DNA from: Utricularia gibba
Taxonomy: Eukaryota; Plantae; Magnoliophyta
DNA length: 64,000 nucleotides
Direction of reading: 5' to 3'
NCBI GenBank assembly: GCA_002189035.1
Contig: NEEC01000016.1
Span: forward strand, 1,240,001-1,304,000
The notes under the pieces were generated by a model that was not told the DNA's origin, did no database searches, and was given only the letters and a program-made list of their open reading frames with translations. The translations under genes were made by a program, and so were the position numbers. Numbering within the stretch: the stretch's first letter is position 1; each line of letters starts with the position of its first letter. Below, one piece after another: positions 37,825 through 51,000 of this stretch.

Positions 37825-39502
37825 ATGGAGTTTGCGGCTAAGGATTCAAGCTGGTGGGTGTTTACACTCCCTGCGTTTCTTGGATTCGATTCCATTCTCG
37901 ATGGATACCTTCTTTTGGCAGTTTTTCTGGCATTTCTCTCTGCGGGGATCGTCACCTGGTTTTACTCCCCTGGCGGCGCCGCCTGGCAACATCGCATGAA
38001 CAGAGCAGGCTCAACTCAGATTCCTGGGCCAATAGGGCTGCCGATTTTCGGCAGTTTGTTTAGTCTCAGCAGTGGGTTGGCTCATCGTACTCTGGGGGGA
38101 TTGGCGGAGAGGATGAATGCGAAGCAGTTGATGGCGTTCAGTATCGGTGCGACGCCGGCGGTGGTTTCTTCAGACCCGAAAATCGCGAAGGAGATTCTGA
38201 CGTCACCGCATTTCGCCGATAGACCGATTAAGCAATCCGCGCGTAGTTTGATGTTCACCCGAGCGATGGGGTTCGCTCCAAATGGTACTTATTGGCGTCT
38301 CCTACGCCGCATCGCGGCGTCGCATCTCTTCGCACCGCGGCAAATAGGCGCCCAGGAATGCGGGCGTTTACATGATTGCGCTGTGATGGTTAGGGGGATT
38401 TCTGGGGATATGGCCCGCGACGGCGTTGTCTCTGTGAGGAAACATTTACAGGCGGCGTCGCTGAATAATATAATGGGTAGCGTTTTTGGGAAGAGGTACG
38501 ACGCTGCGGCAGAGTGCGAGGAGCTCAGAGAACTCAAAGAAATGGTGAGAGAAGGATTTGAGTTGCTTGGCGCTTTCAATTGGACGGATTTTCTGCCGTG
38601 GATGGCGTACGTTTACGACCCGCATCGCATTATTAACCGCTGTGAGAAGCTCGTTGTTCGTGTGAGGAAATTGGTGAAGGGGATCATCGAAGAACACAGA
38701 GCGAAGGAGAAAAATTCATCGGGATCCCAGGATTTTGTTGACATTTTGCTTTCGTTGGACGGTGAGGAGAAGCTCGGAGAAGATGATATGATCGCTGTTT
38801 TATGGGTAAGTTTTGCTGTGAAGGCGAATAGCTCTGTTTCACTTGCGCCGTTGCTTACAGGATTTGTTTCTGCAGGAAATGATCTTCAGAGGAACCGACA
38901 CAACAGCTTTACTGACAGAATGGGTTATGGCGGAATTGATTCTGCATCCCGATATTCAATCGAAACTCAGGCAAGAACTCGACGCCGCCGTCGCCAACAA
39001 ATCGTCACTAACACCCGGAGACCTCGCATCGCTGCCGTATCTTCAAGCGGTTGTGAAAGAGGCTCTCCGCATCCATCCTCCTGGCCCGCTTCTCTCATGG
39101 GCTCGTCTCTCCACCGCCGAAGTTCATCTCAGCAACGGCATGGTCGTCCCCGCCGCCACAACCGCCATGGTGAACATGTGGTCAATCACCCACGACCCCC
39201 AGGTCTGGGAAACCCCACTGCAATTTACACCAGAGAGATTCGTGCCGAGCATGGGCGGCGAGGAAGTCGACGTCCGTGGCGGCGATCTCCGACTCGCTCC
39301 GTTCGGCGCCGGCCGCCGTGTTTGCCCCGGGAAAAATCTTGGCATGATTACAGTCACTCTCTGGGTGGCGGAGCTTGTGCGCCGCTTCGAGTGGTTGGAG
39401 GACCCAAAGAATCCAGTTGATTTGACCGAGTTGCTGAAGCTATCATGCGAGATGAAGTACCCGGTGTCGGCGGTGGCGGTTAATCGGAATGTTCCGAACT
39501 AG
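37825..39502 (+). CDS. CYP78A: Cytochrome P450 CYP78A (CYP78A7-like), 535 aa, 2 exons
   Basis: Exons 37825-38805 and 38876-39502 (70-nt GT-AG intron at AVLW|EMIFRGTDT); [18 protein letters not shown]; heme motif [11 protein letters not shown]; N-terminal [15 protein letters not shown]. Confidence 0.95.
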
Positions 39503-40899
39503 GGCTTCCTACTTTGCTGACCTTTTTGGTTATATTACTGCATTTTATTCCAATAAATTAAGGAAACAATATTTCTAAATCTTTTTTACAAAATATAAAA
39601 AAAATACTTAGATTCAAAATTCAAACCACGAAATTGTTATCCGAAGTCACAAGCATCCAAAACACGTGATAAAAGTTGGGTTGTTATGACATACCATTCG
39701 CATGGGCATTGCAAATTAAAATAACAATTTCTGTAGTACCTACCATATATGCCCATCTGCGCATATATTTTATTCCAGGCTTTACTGGTAGAAGAGAGTG
39801 GTGAAGACTGGTTGGTAAATATAAAAAACCTACATTCGAGAGAAACTGTTATATTTGCATTAGCCTATGAGTTACCGTGCTCTTCAATTAGTGCTGGTGC
39901 CTCGATTACAAGTACACAATTAATTATGTATTGGGTTGTAATTTGCACCCTTTTGTTTTGCTCAAGTTTTGAGTAATTGAGGGTAAGTTACAACCACATA
40001 CCCAGTTCGATTGTGTTGTGTACTCTTTTGCAAGTTTTTATATAGATTTCTTTGGTAGTACCTTGAAATAAATTTACTCTTCATAATCTTCTTTATCTCA
40101 ACCAAAGTTCAAATTGATTCTTTAGTATTCCATGTTATGTTGAATACTATCTTGTCCTACCAAATAATGGTGTAATTCATGAACTCAACAATAACTAGTT
40201 TAATTTTCTTGGAATTAGAATAAATATGGCAATAAAAAACATTCTACACACTTTGAAAAAGAAGAATTTCTCATTAATGTTATCAAATTATTTGTAATCA
40301 TGTATGTGTCTTCTCCTTTCTCTTTCAATATTCCCTCATATCGAATTGATCATCAATTTTTTTGATATCTTATTTCCATATCATCACTATTGGAAGAATC
40401 ATACTCAATATGATCATTGCTAGTATTTTTACATCAATCTCTCGATTGTTAGAGTATCTAAATTCATGTTTGCCTAAATCAATTAGTTTTTTTAACATTA
40501 TCTTTTATATATTTCACATCATATTTACTTTAATTAAATTTAACTTTAAATATTACACATGATACTTTCGTTCACTTTCACATTCTTGTATAGACATTTG
40601 ATTTTTTAATAATTAATATTTATCTATTTTTATCTTAATTAACTTATTTATTTATTATTTAAAAATACAACAACAATTCAACATAAAAAAACTTAATACG
40701 ATAAATTTTAAATTAATGAAACTTAACTCAAATGTGATCAATCAGATCCATCTTGAGTTATATGCAACACTTCTTCTCTATATTTTATAACATCGTCAAC
40801 ATAGTTTTCGAAAATGAGAACATTTTGTCTCAAAAGATTGGACAATTATGCAACATTTATTTGATCGTGATCTCTAGAATTTGGTTGCCCCTCATCGCC

Positions 40900-42300
40900 T
40901 TTATCTTCCATTATCATATTATATAAAATTATTGTGATATACATAATATCGATAAATATCTGATGATTCTATATCCTAACTTGTGAGTAAATGATTCTAA
41001 ATCTTGCTTGAGGTATCCAAACATCATGTTTTTGATAAATTATTAAAAAAACACAATCTATTATTTTGAAATAGTATAATGACTTTTAACAAGTATGCAA
41101 ATAGCATTAGAATACTTGCACAACACAGATTATATAAATAAACATTATTCTACCAGATTTCAGGTTCTAAAATAGCAAGCATATAGTTTTTGATCCTAAA
41201 ATTGGCATTCATAAAGAAATTAACTATATTCATCTCTTCAAAGTATTTTTGGAAAAGTTTTTGTGAAATTCCAAAACACTACTATTGATTTCAAAGGGTT
41301 TGGACAGAGGTGTCAAAGGGGAATGGAGTTAAAATATAAAGTTTTGAAAACAAAAAAAGATCTTGTCTATGGAAATAGAAAGAACGATGATTGATTTTGT
41401 TCGAACTTTCAAGATTGTAGTATTGGTTGGCAAAAAAATAGAAATGATAGATTAACTAAATAGGGTGTCACATTGGATTTGGGCATCAAGCGATGGAGAT
41501 GCTTTATGGCTCATCATAAAGATGTAGTTATTGATTTAATCGAACTATAGTTGATTATATATTTGAAGATTAGTCAGATCAACTCCAAAAAATAGAAAAA
41601 AACATAAATATATTGATTGTGCCAATAAATTTGGAAACACTCGTCTAATGACTAATTATTTTTCAATGTCAAGAGAGACATGATGTAATCTATTGTATCT
41701 TTTCAACAATAATGCTAACATATAATAATACCATGCGAACGATAACGATGACATATGGATATGATGCAAATGTTTGTGAAGAATATTTTAAGTTGATTAG
41801 TTTACTACCCTCAAGTGCTTAAGGGTTCTTATAATCAAAATTCGTAATATGTTAAAAATAGAATATATAAGATATGTCAATTCAAATAACATTAAAAGAC
41901 TACTTTAATGAGATAAAAAATATGTTATCTATTATATTGTGAAGTATAAATTATATACATTGAGAATGAAAAAAATATTTTGTAATTTAGAAAAGGTCAA
42001 TATATTCATGGACATTGACATTCAACTATCATATTAAAGATCATTGCTTCAAATGACACATGGGTATAGGATTCGCTTTTTGATGTTTCGAATTCAAATG
42101 ATAATCTCAATATGTTATCTCATTTAACAATATTTGACAATTTGAGTTTAGGTATTGCCATCTAATAAAAAAACAATACTTTTTATTATTATACAACATA
42201 CTGTAAGATAGGATGTAGAATGAGTTTTAAGATTGTTAAAAACAAAATTTTAAATTATTTATTCACTTGTAAGCATATGCGATCATCAAATTTTGATCAA
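40900..42300. mobile_element. AT-rich, heavily decayed DNA-transposon-like sequence (family unresolved)
   Basis: No ORF; faint plus-strand fragments (HWIWASSD, DVIYCIF) reminiscent of Harbinger transposase motifs GWEGSAxD and ACCxLHN. Confidence 0.2.
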
Positions 42301-42713
42301 TATGAAGTAAATGCTACTCAGTTAGGTCATGAAGATTATGATCAATTAACATAATAATCACATGATTAGAACAAAACATTCACATTTTTTGAAGCACATC
42401 TTGTTGGAATTGTGAAACTAAGTAAATAAAATTTCAAAGACAAGCGAAAACAAATTTGGTTAAACATATTTGAAATGAATTTAATTAATTTTAGTTTATT
42501 ATATTATTTATCTTTTTAAATAGTAATTTCTTATATTTTTAAATAACAATTATTATTGCATTTGAATAATCATGTAAATTAATATAAAATAAATAAATAT
42601 AACATTCTAAAGGTAAAATATCTGGACAAAAATGTAAATGTATAACATTATTCTAGTGTAAATACACTCCTGGAGCACAACGTGCTCTTCTTGGTGAAAC
42701 TCCAAGTGCATCA

Positions 42714-44365
42714 ATGGATTCCGGTGATCAATCTCTGCAATTGATTCTCATCCCATGGCCAGTAATGGGCCACGTTCAAATTGTTGAATTCGCCAAGCTC
42801 CTTCTTCCCCGTATGCAACTTCGTCTTCCTCCGGGTAACTGTTTTCTTTTGCTCTTCTTGGTTGCTGACATACACAAAATCTCTTTTTCCAAGGTCAGAT
42901 CTAAGTGTTGGCAGTACCAGGAGTTTCGTGTGTTTTTCGTTGCTCCGATTTTGGTCTAAACTAATTTCTTGCACTTGATCCATACTTCCACAGGGAAGAA
43001 GCTTTCGATCACAGTGTTGCTAATGAGACTCCCTGATTCAATCGACACTGTGAGCGGCTCCTTTTCCGACCAACTTTCGGCTTCCTCCGTCACCCCGCTC
43101 AACTTCTACAGCCTCCCTAGTGTTGACCCGGCACCGGAATGGAGCTCTAGAACCAGGGGATACTTCATTCATAGCTTGGTCCTCCGCCAACGATCAAATG
43201 TTTCAGAGTTTTTATACCCCGGAAGCAATCCATCGCCGGTATCGTCGTCGACATGCTCTGCACCTCGATGATTGGGGTGGCACGGGAGATGAATATCCCT
43301 AGCTACATATTCTTCACTTCTCCGGCGAGCTTCCTTGGGGCAATGCTCCATTTTCAAGCCCTCAATAATGAAGAGAATCAGAATGTGGCTGAGCTTAGAG
43401 ACTCAGAGACTGAGTTGCTGGTACCAAGCTTTGCGGTTCCGGTTCCCCCTAATGTCTTGTCACAGGTGATTGTGAACAAGGAACAATGGAAAACCAGATT
43501 TCTTCACTACGCAAGAGATTACAGAAAGACCAGTGGTATAATTATCAACACTTTCATGGAGTTGGAAACACATGCCCTCAACTCATTCTTGGCTGATTCA
43601 TCTTACGGTTCCAGTGGACTCCCTCCCGTGTTTGCAGTTGGCCCGATTATAAACCGGGCTCCATTTGTCGATGAATACCGATCGGATATAGTTCAATGGC
43701 TGGACAAGCAGCCACCAGGATCAGTGGTGTTTGTTTGTTTTGGGAGCCAGGGGAGCCTAGACAAGAACCAGGTTCAGGAGCTGGCTAAAGGGCTGGAGCA
43801 AAGTGGAAGCCGTTTCCTTTGGTCTCTCCGCCGACAACCATCGAACACACAGCGTGCAAGTTTTCCAACTGAGTACACAAGCTATGAGGAAGTGTTGCCA
43901 AAAGGATTCCTGGAGCGCACCGCAGGGATCGGAATGGTGGCCGGTTGGGTGCCGCAGCTGGAGGTACTCGGCCACACGGCTGTGGGTGGTTTCGTTTCAC
44001 ATTGCGGTTGGAATTCGGTGCTGGAGAGTCTATGGTTCGGGGTTCCGATCGCAACATGGCCTTTGCACTCCGAGCAGCAGATGAATGCATTTCAGCTTGT
44101 GAGAGAGCTTGGTTTGGCGGAAGAAATAAGCATCAGCTACTTGGTGAGCGGCGAGGAGCGGCCATTGATCTCGGCGGATGAAATCGAGAGGGGGATCAGG
44201 GCGGTGATGGCGGAGAGAAGCGAGGTGAGGAAGAGAGTGGTCGCCATGAGGGAAAAGAGCAGGAGCAGCGTTGCTGAAGGTGGCTCCTCTCACATCTCTC
44301 TCAGTAAATTCATCGAACATGTTATGTGCAACTCACTTCCCCAGTCTGATAACATATATAAGTAA
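42714..44365 (+). CDS. UDP-glycosyltransferase, UGT71-like (group E); one 5' intron and a 1-bp frameshift at ~43217-43231
   Basis: LILIPWPVMGHVQIVEFAKLLL, intron ending CAG at 42993, KKLSITVLLMRLP, IAGIVVDMLCTSMIGVAREMNIPSYIFFTS, PSPG box WVPQLEVLGHTAVGGFVSHCGWNSVLESLWFGVPIATWPLHSEQ. Confidence 0.88.
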
Positions 44366-44792
44366 TGAAATAAAATTCCTTCTTCACAAAATGCTTGTTA
44401 TTTTACTGATCCAGAAGTCTAAAATATTAAAAACTACATTTAATAAAAAAAATTGCATGCAATGGCAATGCAAATGTGGGAATATCCATCCTGTAAGTTG
44501 AAGAAAGTTGAAGTCATTGCTGAATTTATGTGAATGGCCCAATACGCATCGTCCTCCTCATTTGTTTACTTATCTTGAATGGGTGTTTCGGGGACTCCGT
44601 TTTGAAGTTTCGGCAAGGATAATTTGCTGCTGTCACCTCCTCGTTTTTGTGAGTTAAAAATCAAATCTTTATACACATTTGTCAAATACGCCACTCGCGT
44701 CGTACTCATTTTTTTAGGTACTCTGAGTACTAATTTTTACCTGCGGTTTGGATTATTTGTGTTCCCTTTACCAGAAATTGGTGTAGGTTGTA

Positions 44793-47199
44793 ATGGGCCC
44801 GGTCACATCAGCTGTTGATGCAATGTCTCTGGGTAACTCTTGAGCCACATTTTATGTGTTTGTCTGCTTAATGTTCTAATTCTCTGGGAACCGATTGACA
44901 AAGAGTGCCCCTAAGGTGTTCGGTGCTTTGTAGATACATCAAACACGAGGCAAGGCCTTAAGTTGGAAGGAAGACAATGCTTCGCCGCAGTTAATTTGAG
45001 CGATGAGAAGCCATTTGATTTTTTTCGTATATTCTCAGGCAGGAGGAATCAATTTCTTGCAGTTTTTTTGATAAACATAGTTGCATACTGGTTACTGTAC
45101 TTGCATTCATATTATGTGGCTTAAGAAAAAGACTTTGTTACAAACGTCTCAGAGGGTGTTATAGCTGGTGGAACGGCTGGAGTTGTGGTTGAAGCAGCTT
45201 TATATCCCATTGATACAATAAAGACTCGCCTACAGGTTTATTTTCATTCTTACAGTCTTCCAGATTCATTATATTATTGTGTGTGCATTGTGTTTTTGTG
45301 AGGAAATATAATTGCACATTGTTTCATTCTTTTCTAGCGTTGCTATGGTTTATTTCTCTTGCAGGCTGCCCGTGGTGGAGGTAAAATAATCCTAAAGGGG
45401 TTGTATTCTGGACTCGCTGGAAATCTTGCTGGGGTCTTACCGTAAGGACATTGAACCGCATATTTATTTGTATAAGAAGTTATGACATGCCGCTTATCAG
45501 TTACATAATTTTACACTGGTTGATATCAGTGCATCTGCTGCTTTTATTGGTGTGTATGAACCTGCGAAGCAAAAGCTTTTAAAAGTGCTTCCTGAAAACC
45601 TCAGTGCTGTTGCTCATTTGGTAAGAATATATTCATTCATTAGATGTATCTTCTGGGATTTGGATAGACTATTAGCTTTTTTTTTCCGGCATGAACCCAT
45701 AGACGTACCATGTGAACGTGTACCCCAATATTAGCTTCAAAGGATAATTGCATGGCACTGATTTGCAGAAACGTGGAGTTTTGTTCATTTGATATAGCTG
45801 CCTGTATTTTTTTTTTTTCATGTAGGCTGCAGGTACTCTTGGAGGCATTGCAGCTTCTTGCATTCGGGTCCCCACTGAGGTAATCTATCTTGATACCAGT
45901 CTCCTTGCCTTGATACAACTCTGCCGCTTGTCTCCCTTTATCATTGTGTCCTGAACTGTTGATCTCTCAGGTGGTTAAGCAGCGGCTTCAGATGGGACAA
46001 TTTGCTTCAGCCCCTGAAGCGGTTAGACTTATTGTTTCCAAAGAGGGCGTCAGAGGTCTTTATGCGGTGTGTTCCCTCTCCCTGAAAGCCTAACCTTATG
46101 GCTGCAGCATTTTTAAGTTGATGTCATTGCAGGGATACGGATCTTTTCTGTTGAGAGATTTACCTTTCGATGCTATCCAGTTCTGCATCTATGAACAGCT
46201 GCGACTTGGCTATAAATTGGCAGTATGCATTTCACCTCTGCTTTACTAATTCCTTTGCTGGCATTGAGCCGAAGGATCCCTTTTATGGGCAGACTCTATT
46301 AGATCGTCCTCCCACTAAACTGGCAGAAACTGATGTTAACCGTATTCTCTTATCTTTCTCTAAATCAGGCAAAGAGAGATTTGCATGGCCATGAAAATGC
46401 AGTAATTGGCGCCTTCGCTGGTAAAGTAATAGTGCCAGCAATTTGAACTATGCTTTCCCATAGGAATGCACAATGTTTTAGCAGTAAAATATGTTTGGAG
46501 AACTAGTTATGTTCAATTTCTAAAATCCAAACGATTATGGAAGCAGATGAGCATATTTTTGTTTTTTCAATGGGAGTAATATTTCATCTTCAGCTATACT
46601 GCTTATTCGGTCGATTCCATCTTTATTGCAGGCGTCCTGTCCCATGCATATCTTTACTGAACCGTAGAATCTTCATGAAATTACAGAACTTGGGTTTTTT
46701 CGTAGGTGCTCTTACTGGAGCCATTACTACTCCTTTGGATGTGATCAAAACACGCTTGATGGTTCAGGTAGCTGATCATCAACGCCTAGCATCTTCCTAT
46801 TCCTGGTACTTCTGTGTGCTGATCATCAAGAATAAGTGGTTACTCGTACTTTCATCTCTTCATCACAGGGATCAGGGAACCAGTACAAGGGCATCCTCCA
46901 CTGTGTTCAGACTATTGCGAAAGAGGAAGGACCAAGTGCTCTTCTCAAGGTTAGTGATACTACACCTAGGCATCTTTGTATTATGCTTCATATTTGCCAA
47001 TGGAACTTGGTGCACTAGGGGCTCATTTCCTGAAGCTGTAACTAGTCTCTGTGTCGTGCTTTAAAATCAGGGCATTGGACCAAGAGTTCTCTGGATCGGC
47101 ATCGGTGGTTCGATATTCTTCGGAGTTCTTGAGAGCACAAAGAGATTCCTGGCAGAGAATCGCCCCAACAAGCAGCAGCAGCATTCTGATGCAAAGTAG
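44793..47199 (+). CDS. SAMC1: S-adenosylmethionine carrier (mitochondrial carrier family, SAMC1-like)
   Basis: MGPVTSAVDAMSL|D...DEKPFDFFRIFS|EGVIAGGTAGVVVEAALYPIDTIKTRLQ, RVPTEVVKQR, FLLRDLPFDAIQFCIYEQL, TTPLDVIKTRLMVQ, GIGPRVLWIGIGGSIFFGVLE; carrier signatures Px(D/E)xx(K/R)xR present. Confidence 0.95.
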
Positions 47200-47729
47200 A
47201 TGGCAGGATAATTCTCTGAGATCCATCATGGTTACATATTTTGTAGGTGGGGATTGAATGCATGCGTTCTTTCTTTCTTGATATAAACAGCAAGTATCAT
47301 TATCTTTCAGTGAAGTGAATAATACAGCTGTGTAGTCACAGAGTATGGACATGCTCCATTCATTCATTGTACAGCTTCCTTGCTGGTGCAAAAACCAAAT
47401 CTTCTTGCATACCCAGCTGTTCCATCCTGTCTGAACCTTGTTGGAGATCTGCAAACGAAAGAAATTTATGCTTAAATATAAAAGCCTGGATGTTTGAAAA
47501 TGGAATTTTGGAGACACAGGTTGGTGATGCCTCTTTCTCACTCCCACTTCTCTGTAAATGCCCACCACATCCTATTGCTCCCTTCCCATGACGAAGAGGG
47601 GCGTCCCTACGTGGCATTGTCAACTGGATATGTATCTGGAAAATAAATAGTCCAGGGTTTCTGGATGATCTGTGATCAAACTCAATATTCTTATTCTCCT
47701 TTCTCCCTGCAATCATTTGGAGGTGTGGA

Positions 47730-47892
47730 GTGGGTAAGAAGCGGAAATCAGATTCGACGCGTCTGGATGAGGAGGCTGGTATAGGCATGGTCTCTTTTCC
47801 TCCTGCAGCGCAGCTAATTCCCTTTCCCAGCTTTCTACTCGGAACCCGTGCAGCAGCGGCTCTCCTTCCAATCCGGCGAACGTCATGCCATG
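47730..47892 (+). pseudogene. Decayed first exon of an At5g64780-type (MGKKRK...AANSLSQLY) conserved unknown-function gene
   Basis: GTG-GKKRKSDSTRLDE, then in shifted frames CSAANSLSQL and QQRLSFQSGERHAM|GT; start codon is GTG, at least two frameshifts, no later exons found. Confidence 0.7.
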
Positions 47893-48023
47893 GTCTCTTT
47901 GTGTGCCACCTTTTGTGCTTTCTTTGGTTCCCTTAGATTTTTTTGGGTTAGTTTGGGCTTTTTGTATTGTGGTGGTGAATAGTTGAGTTGGAGTAATAAA
48001 GTGCTTGGTATATGATTTCAGTT

Positions 48024-51000
48024 TGCTATAATTTGTACTATCATAATTCACTACAACAACAAGACATATAAATTAATCTAATACAATATGACATTGACAG
48101 AAAAATAAAACATCTATTTTAAGAAATTTAATATTATTGCATTTCTTTTTCTTCCTTGAATCATCGTGTTTTTCATATATGGTAACTTCATTGATTTTCA
48201 CTTTGGCACTAGTGGACGGCTTCATCGCTCATAGTTTTCTCTTGTCTTGAGTTTCTACGTAAAATCACTGTGTCTCTCTTTACTCTTCTTGTTTTCTTGG
48301 TCAAGCTTTTAAACATACCATCATGTAAAGTTTTGATTTTTTAACACATATGAGCACAAACGATCCTTTCAAAGTGGTATCAGAGTAGGTTGGGCTCATG
48401 CTTGAAGATCGTTGTCATTTCTTATGCCTTCTTATGAGAGTTATCTATGACATTATGACTTACATGAGATGTGATATTCAAAAGCTCGAATGAAGTGGAA
48501 TTCGGTTTACTATTTAGAAAATGAAGATGAAAGCCATGTTAAATCAGCTTGATTTAGATGTTGTGATCCAAAGTGTTGGTAGAGTTCACAAAACATTATG
48601 AGGGATTAGAAAATCATGAATCACATTTACCATCATCTTTCTAGTGATCTTTTTGCAAGATGTACCAAAAGAGAAAACCATAAAAGATCTATGGAAGAAA
48701 TTAGAAGAAATCTGAATTTCGAAATCTTTTGGTGATAAACTTCACTTAAAGATGAAACTTTATCCACATAGATTACAAGAAAGTGGTATTGTAATGAGAT
48801 TGTGGCTGATCTTACAGTAGTTGATGCTGCCCTCTCTAAAGAACTAGAGATGATGTTATTGTGCTCTCTACCTTTCTTGTACGAGAGCTTTAGAGATTCT
48901 CTCTACTGCACCAAACACAAGATCAATCTAGATGATGTTTATGATGCTCACTATTCCAAAAGCAAGGCTAAACAAATTATCTTTAGAACTACCTCACAAG
49001 GTGAAAGGATCAAAAGGAAGCAGAGACAATCAAAAGGAGAAATGATCGAAATCATCTGTTGGAAAATAGAAGAAATTATGTAATTACTATAAGAAGAAGG
49101 GACATTTGACATCAAAATGTAGAAAATTGCAGCAAAAGGAAAAGACTCAATTTAGAGACCTCGAAGAAAAACAAGAAAAGGGAGATAATTCTAAGAAATA
49201 TAAACCACAACCACAGGGTTAAGCACACCTTGTCATGTAAGATAATAGTGAAGGGAAAATGTTGGCAATTGCTCAAACAACTCCTGACTCTTGGAGAGAT
49301 TGGATTTTAGATTGTACATACACATATCATTGTACATTCAAAAAAGAATGGTTCTCTACAAATTGAGTATAAGTTTGGAGATGTTGGGATTGGAACTATA
49401 AAGTTAAGACTTCATGATGGTTTTACAAAAATTCTAGTTTCGGTGAAGCACATACCTTCACTTAAGAAGAATTTAATATCCCTTTATACTCTTGATAAAA
49501 AGGGTTATAAATTCATTAGTAACAATATGATGCTTAAAGTTATGAAGTATGATGTTGTCATGCTGAAAAGAATCATGGGGCTGGCTGATTTTTACATTTT
49601 ACAAGGTATCACAAAATTTTCTTATGTCAATGCAATGACTAGTAGCAACAAAAATTCCTCACTTTGTGGCATTGTCGGCTAGCACACATGAGTGAATGAG
49701 GATTGAAAATTTTGAGTTCTCGTGGCTTGCTGGAAGGATGGAAAATTACTAAGCTTGATTTCTATAAGTTTTGTGTTATGGGAAAATACAAACGATCAAG
49801 CTATAAGCCAAAACTTCATACAAGTCTACACCATTTGGCTTATCTCCATTCTAATTTATAAGGACCTATTAATACTTCTTTTGGTGGTGCAACTTACTTC
49901 ATGTCCAGCATTGATGATGTTCTCGAAAATTATGGATTTTCTTCCTCAAGCACAAGTCTGAAGTTATCGAGAATTTTAAGACTTGGAAGATAATGATCGA
50001 AAAGCAAACATACATGTATGTGAAGAAGTTGAGAACTAATAATGATCTTGAATATTGTTCAATTGAAGCTGATGCTCTTTGTAAGGAAATTGGTATTGTG
50101 ATAGATAAAACAAATAAAAATACTCCAATGCAAAATAAGATGGCCGAGAGAATGAATTTTACGATTATAGAAAAATTATGATATATGTTTTTCATGGCTA
50201 GATTCTTTTAAAAGTATTGGGTGAAAGCAGCATCATATATAATAATGATCATCAATCAATTACCTTCAAAACCTTTTCAATGGCAAGATCTTGCTTGACT
50301 TGTGAAAAAGAGAATCAAGTAAATACTCTACACAAAAAAATATTTAATTCCCCCAACACATGATTATGTCAATGACAAAAAGTTAAAGTCGAGAGCTTTG
50401 AAATGCATTTTTATTGGCTTCAAAATCAAAACCAAAGGCTATAAGCTATGAAGTCCCTACCTAAAATGTGTGATTACGAATAAAGATGTCATATTTGATG
50501 AAAAGACTCTTATATACAGAAAATCCAAGAAAAAGAAAAATGCTAAACCTATTATCCAAAAGGCTTCCTCAAATAAAAACTAGTTAAATATTGAATTTAT
50601 AGAACCCCAAGTTAAAAGAAATGCCATGAATGATGCCTCTAAGGATGCTGACCAACCATCCACAACTCTTGAAAATTCAAAACAACCCATAGCTATTTGA
50701 TGAACTTGAAGAGAAGTTAAAATCCTTGCTCGATATACTAAAGCTAACCTAATAGCTTTTGTTCTTGCAACAACTAATGATCTTGAGCTGGAAGATGAAA
50801 CTAGCACTTTTCAAGTTGCCACAAAGTTCAAAAATTCAAAGCAATGCCATAAAGCCATGGATGAAGAAATTGTTTATGTGCATAAAAATGAGACATGGTC
50901 TCTTGTTCCACTTCATGTAGGAAAGAAAGATGTAAAGTGCAAATGAACTTACAGAATTAAGGATGTAATTCTTGGAGTTGAACCAAGAAGATTTAAAGTA

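Noticed and set aside
38806-39420. ORF-track 531-aa single-exon CYP78A reading
   Set aside because: It reads through the 70-nt intron into the wrong frame and lacks the heme motif; the spliced model restores it
2631-43231. Programmed ribosomal frameshifting at the CCCGG sites
   Set aside because: No slippery heptamer or obvious stimulator, three unrelated gene families, and a consensus error is far more parsimonious
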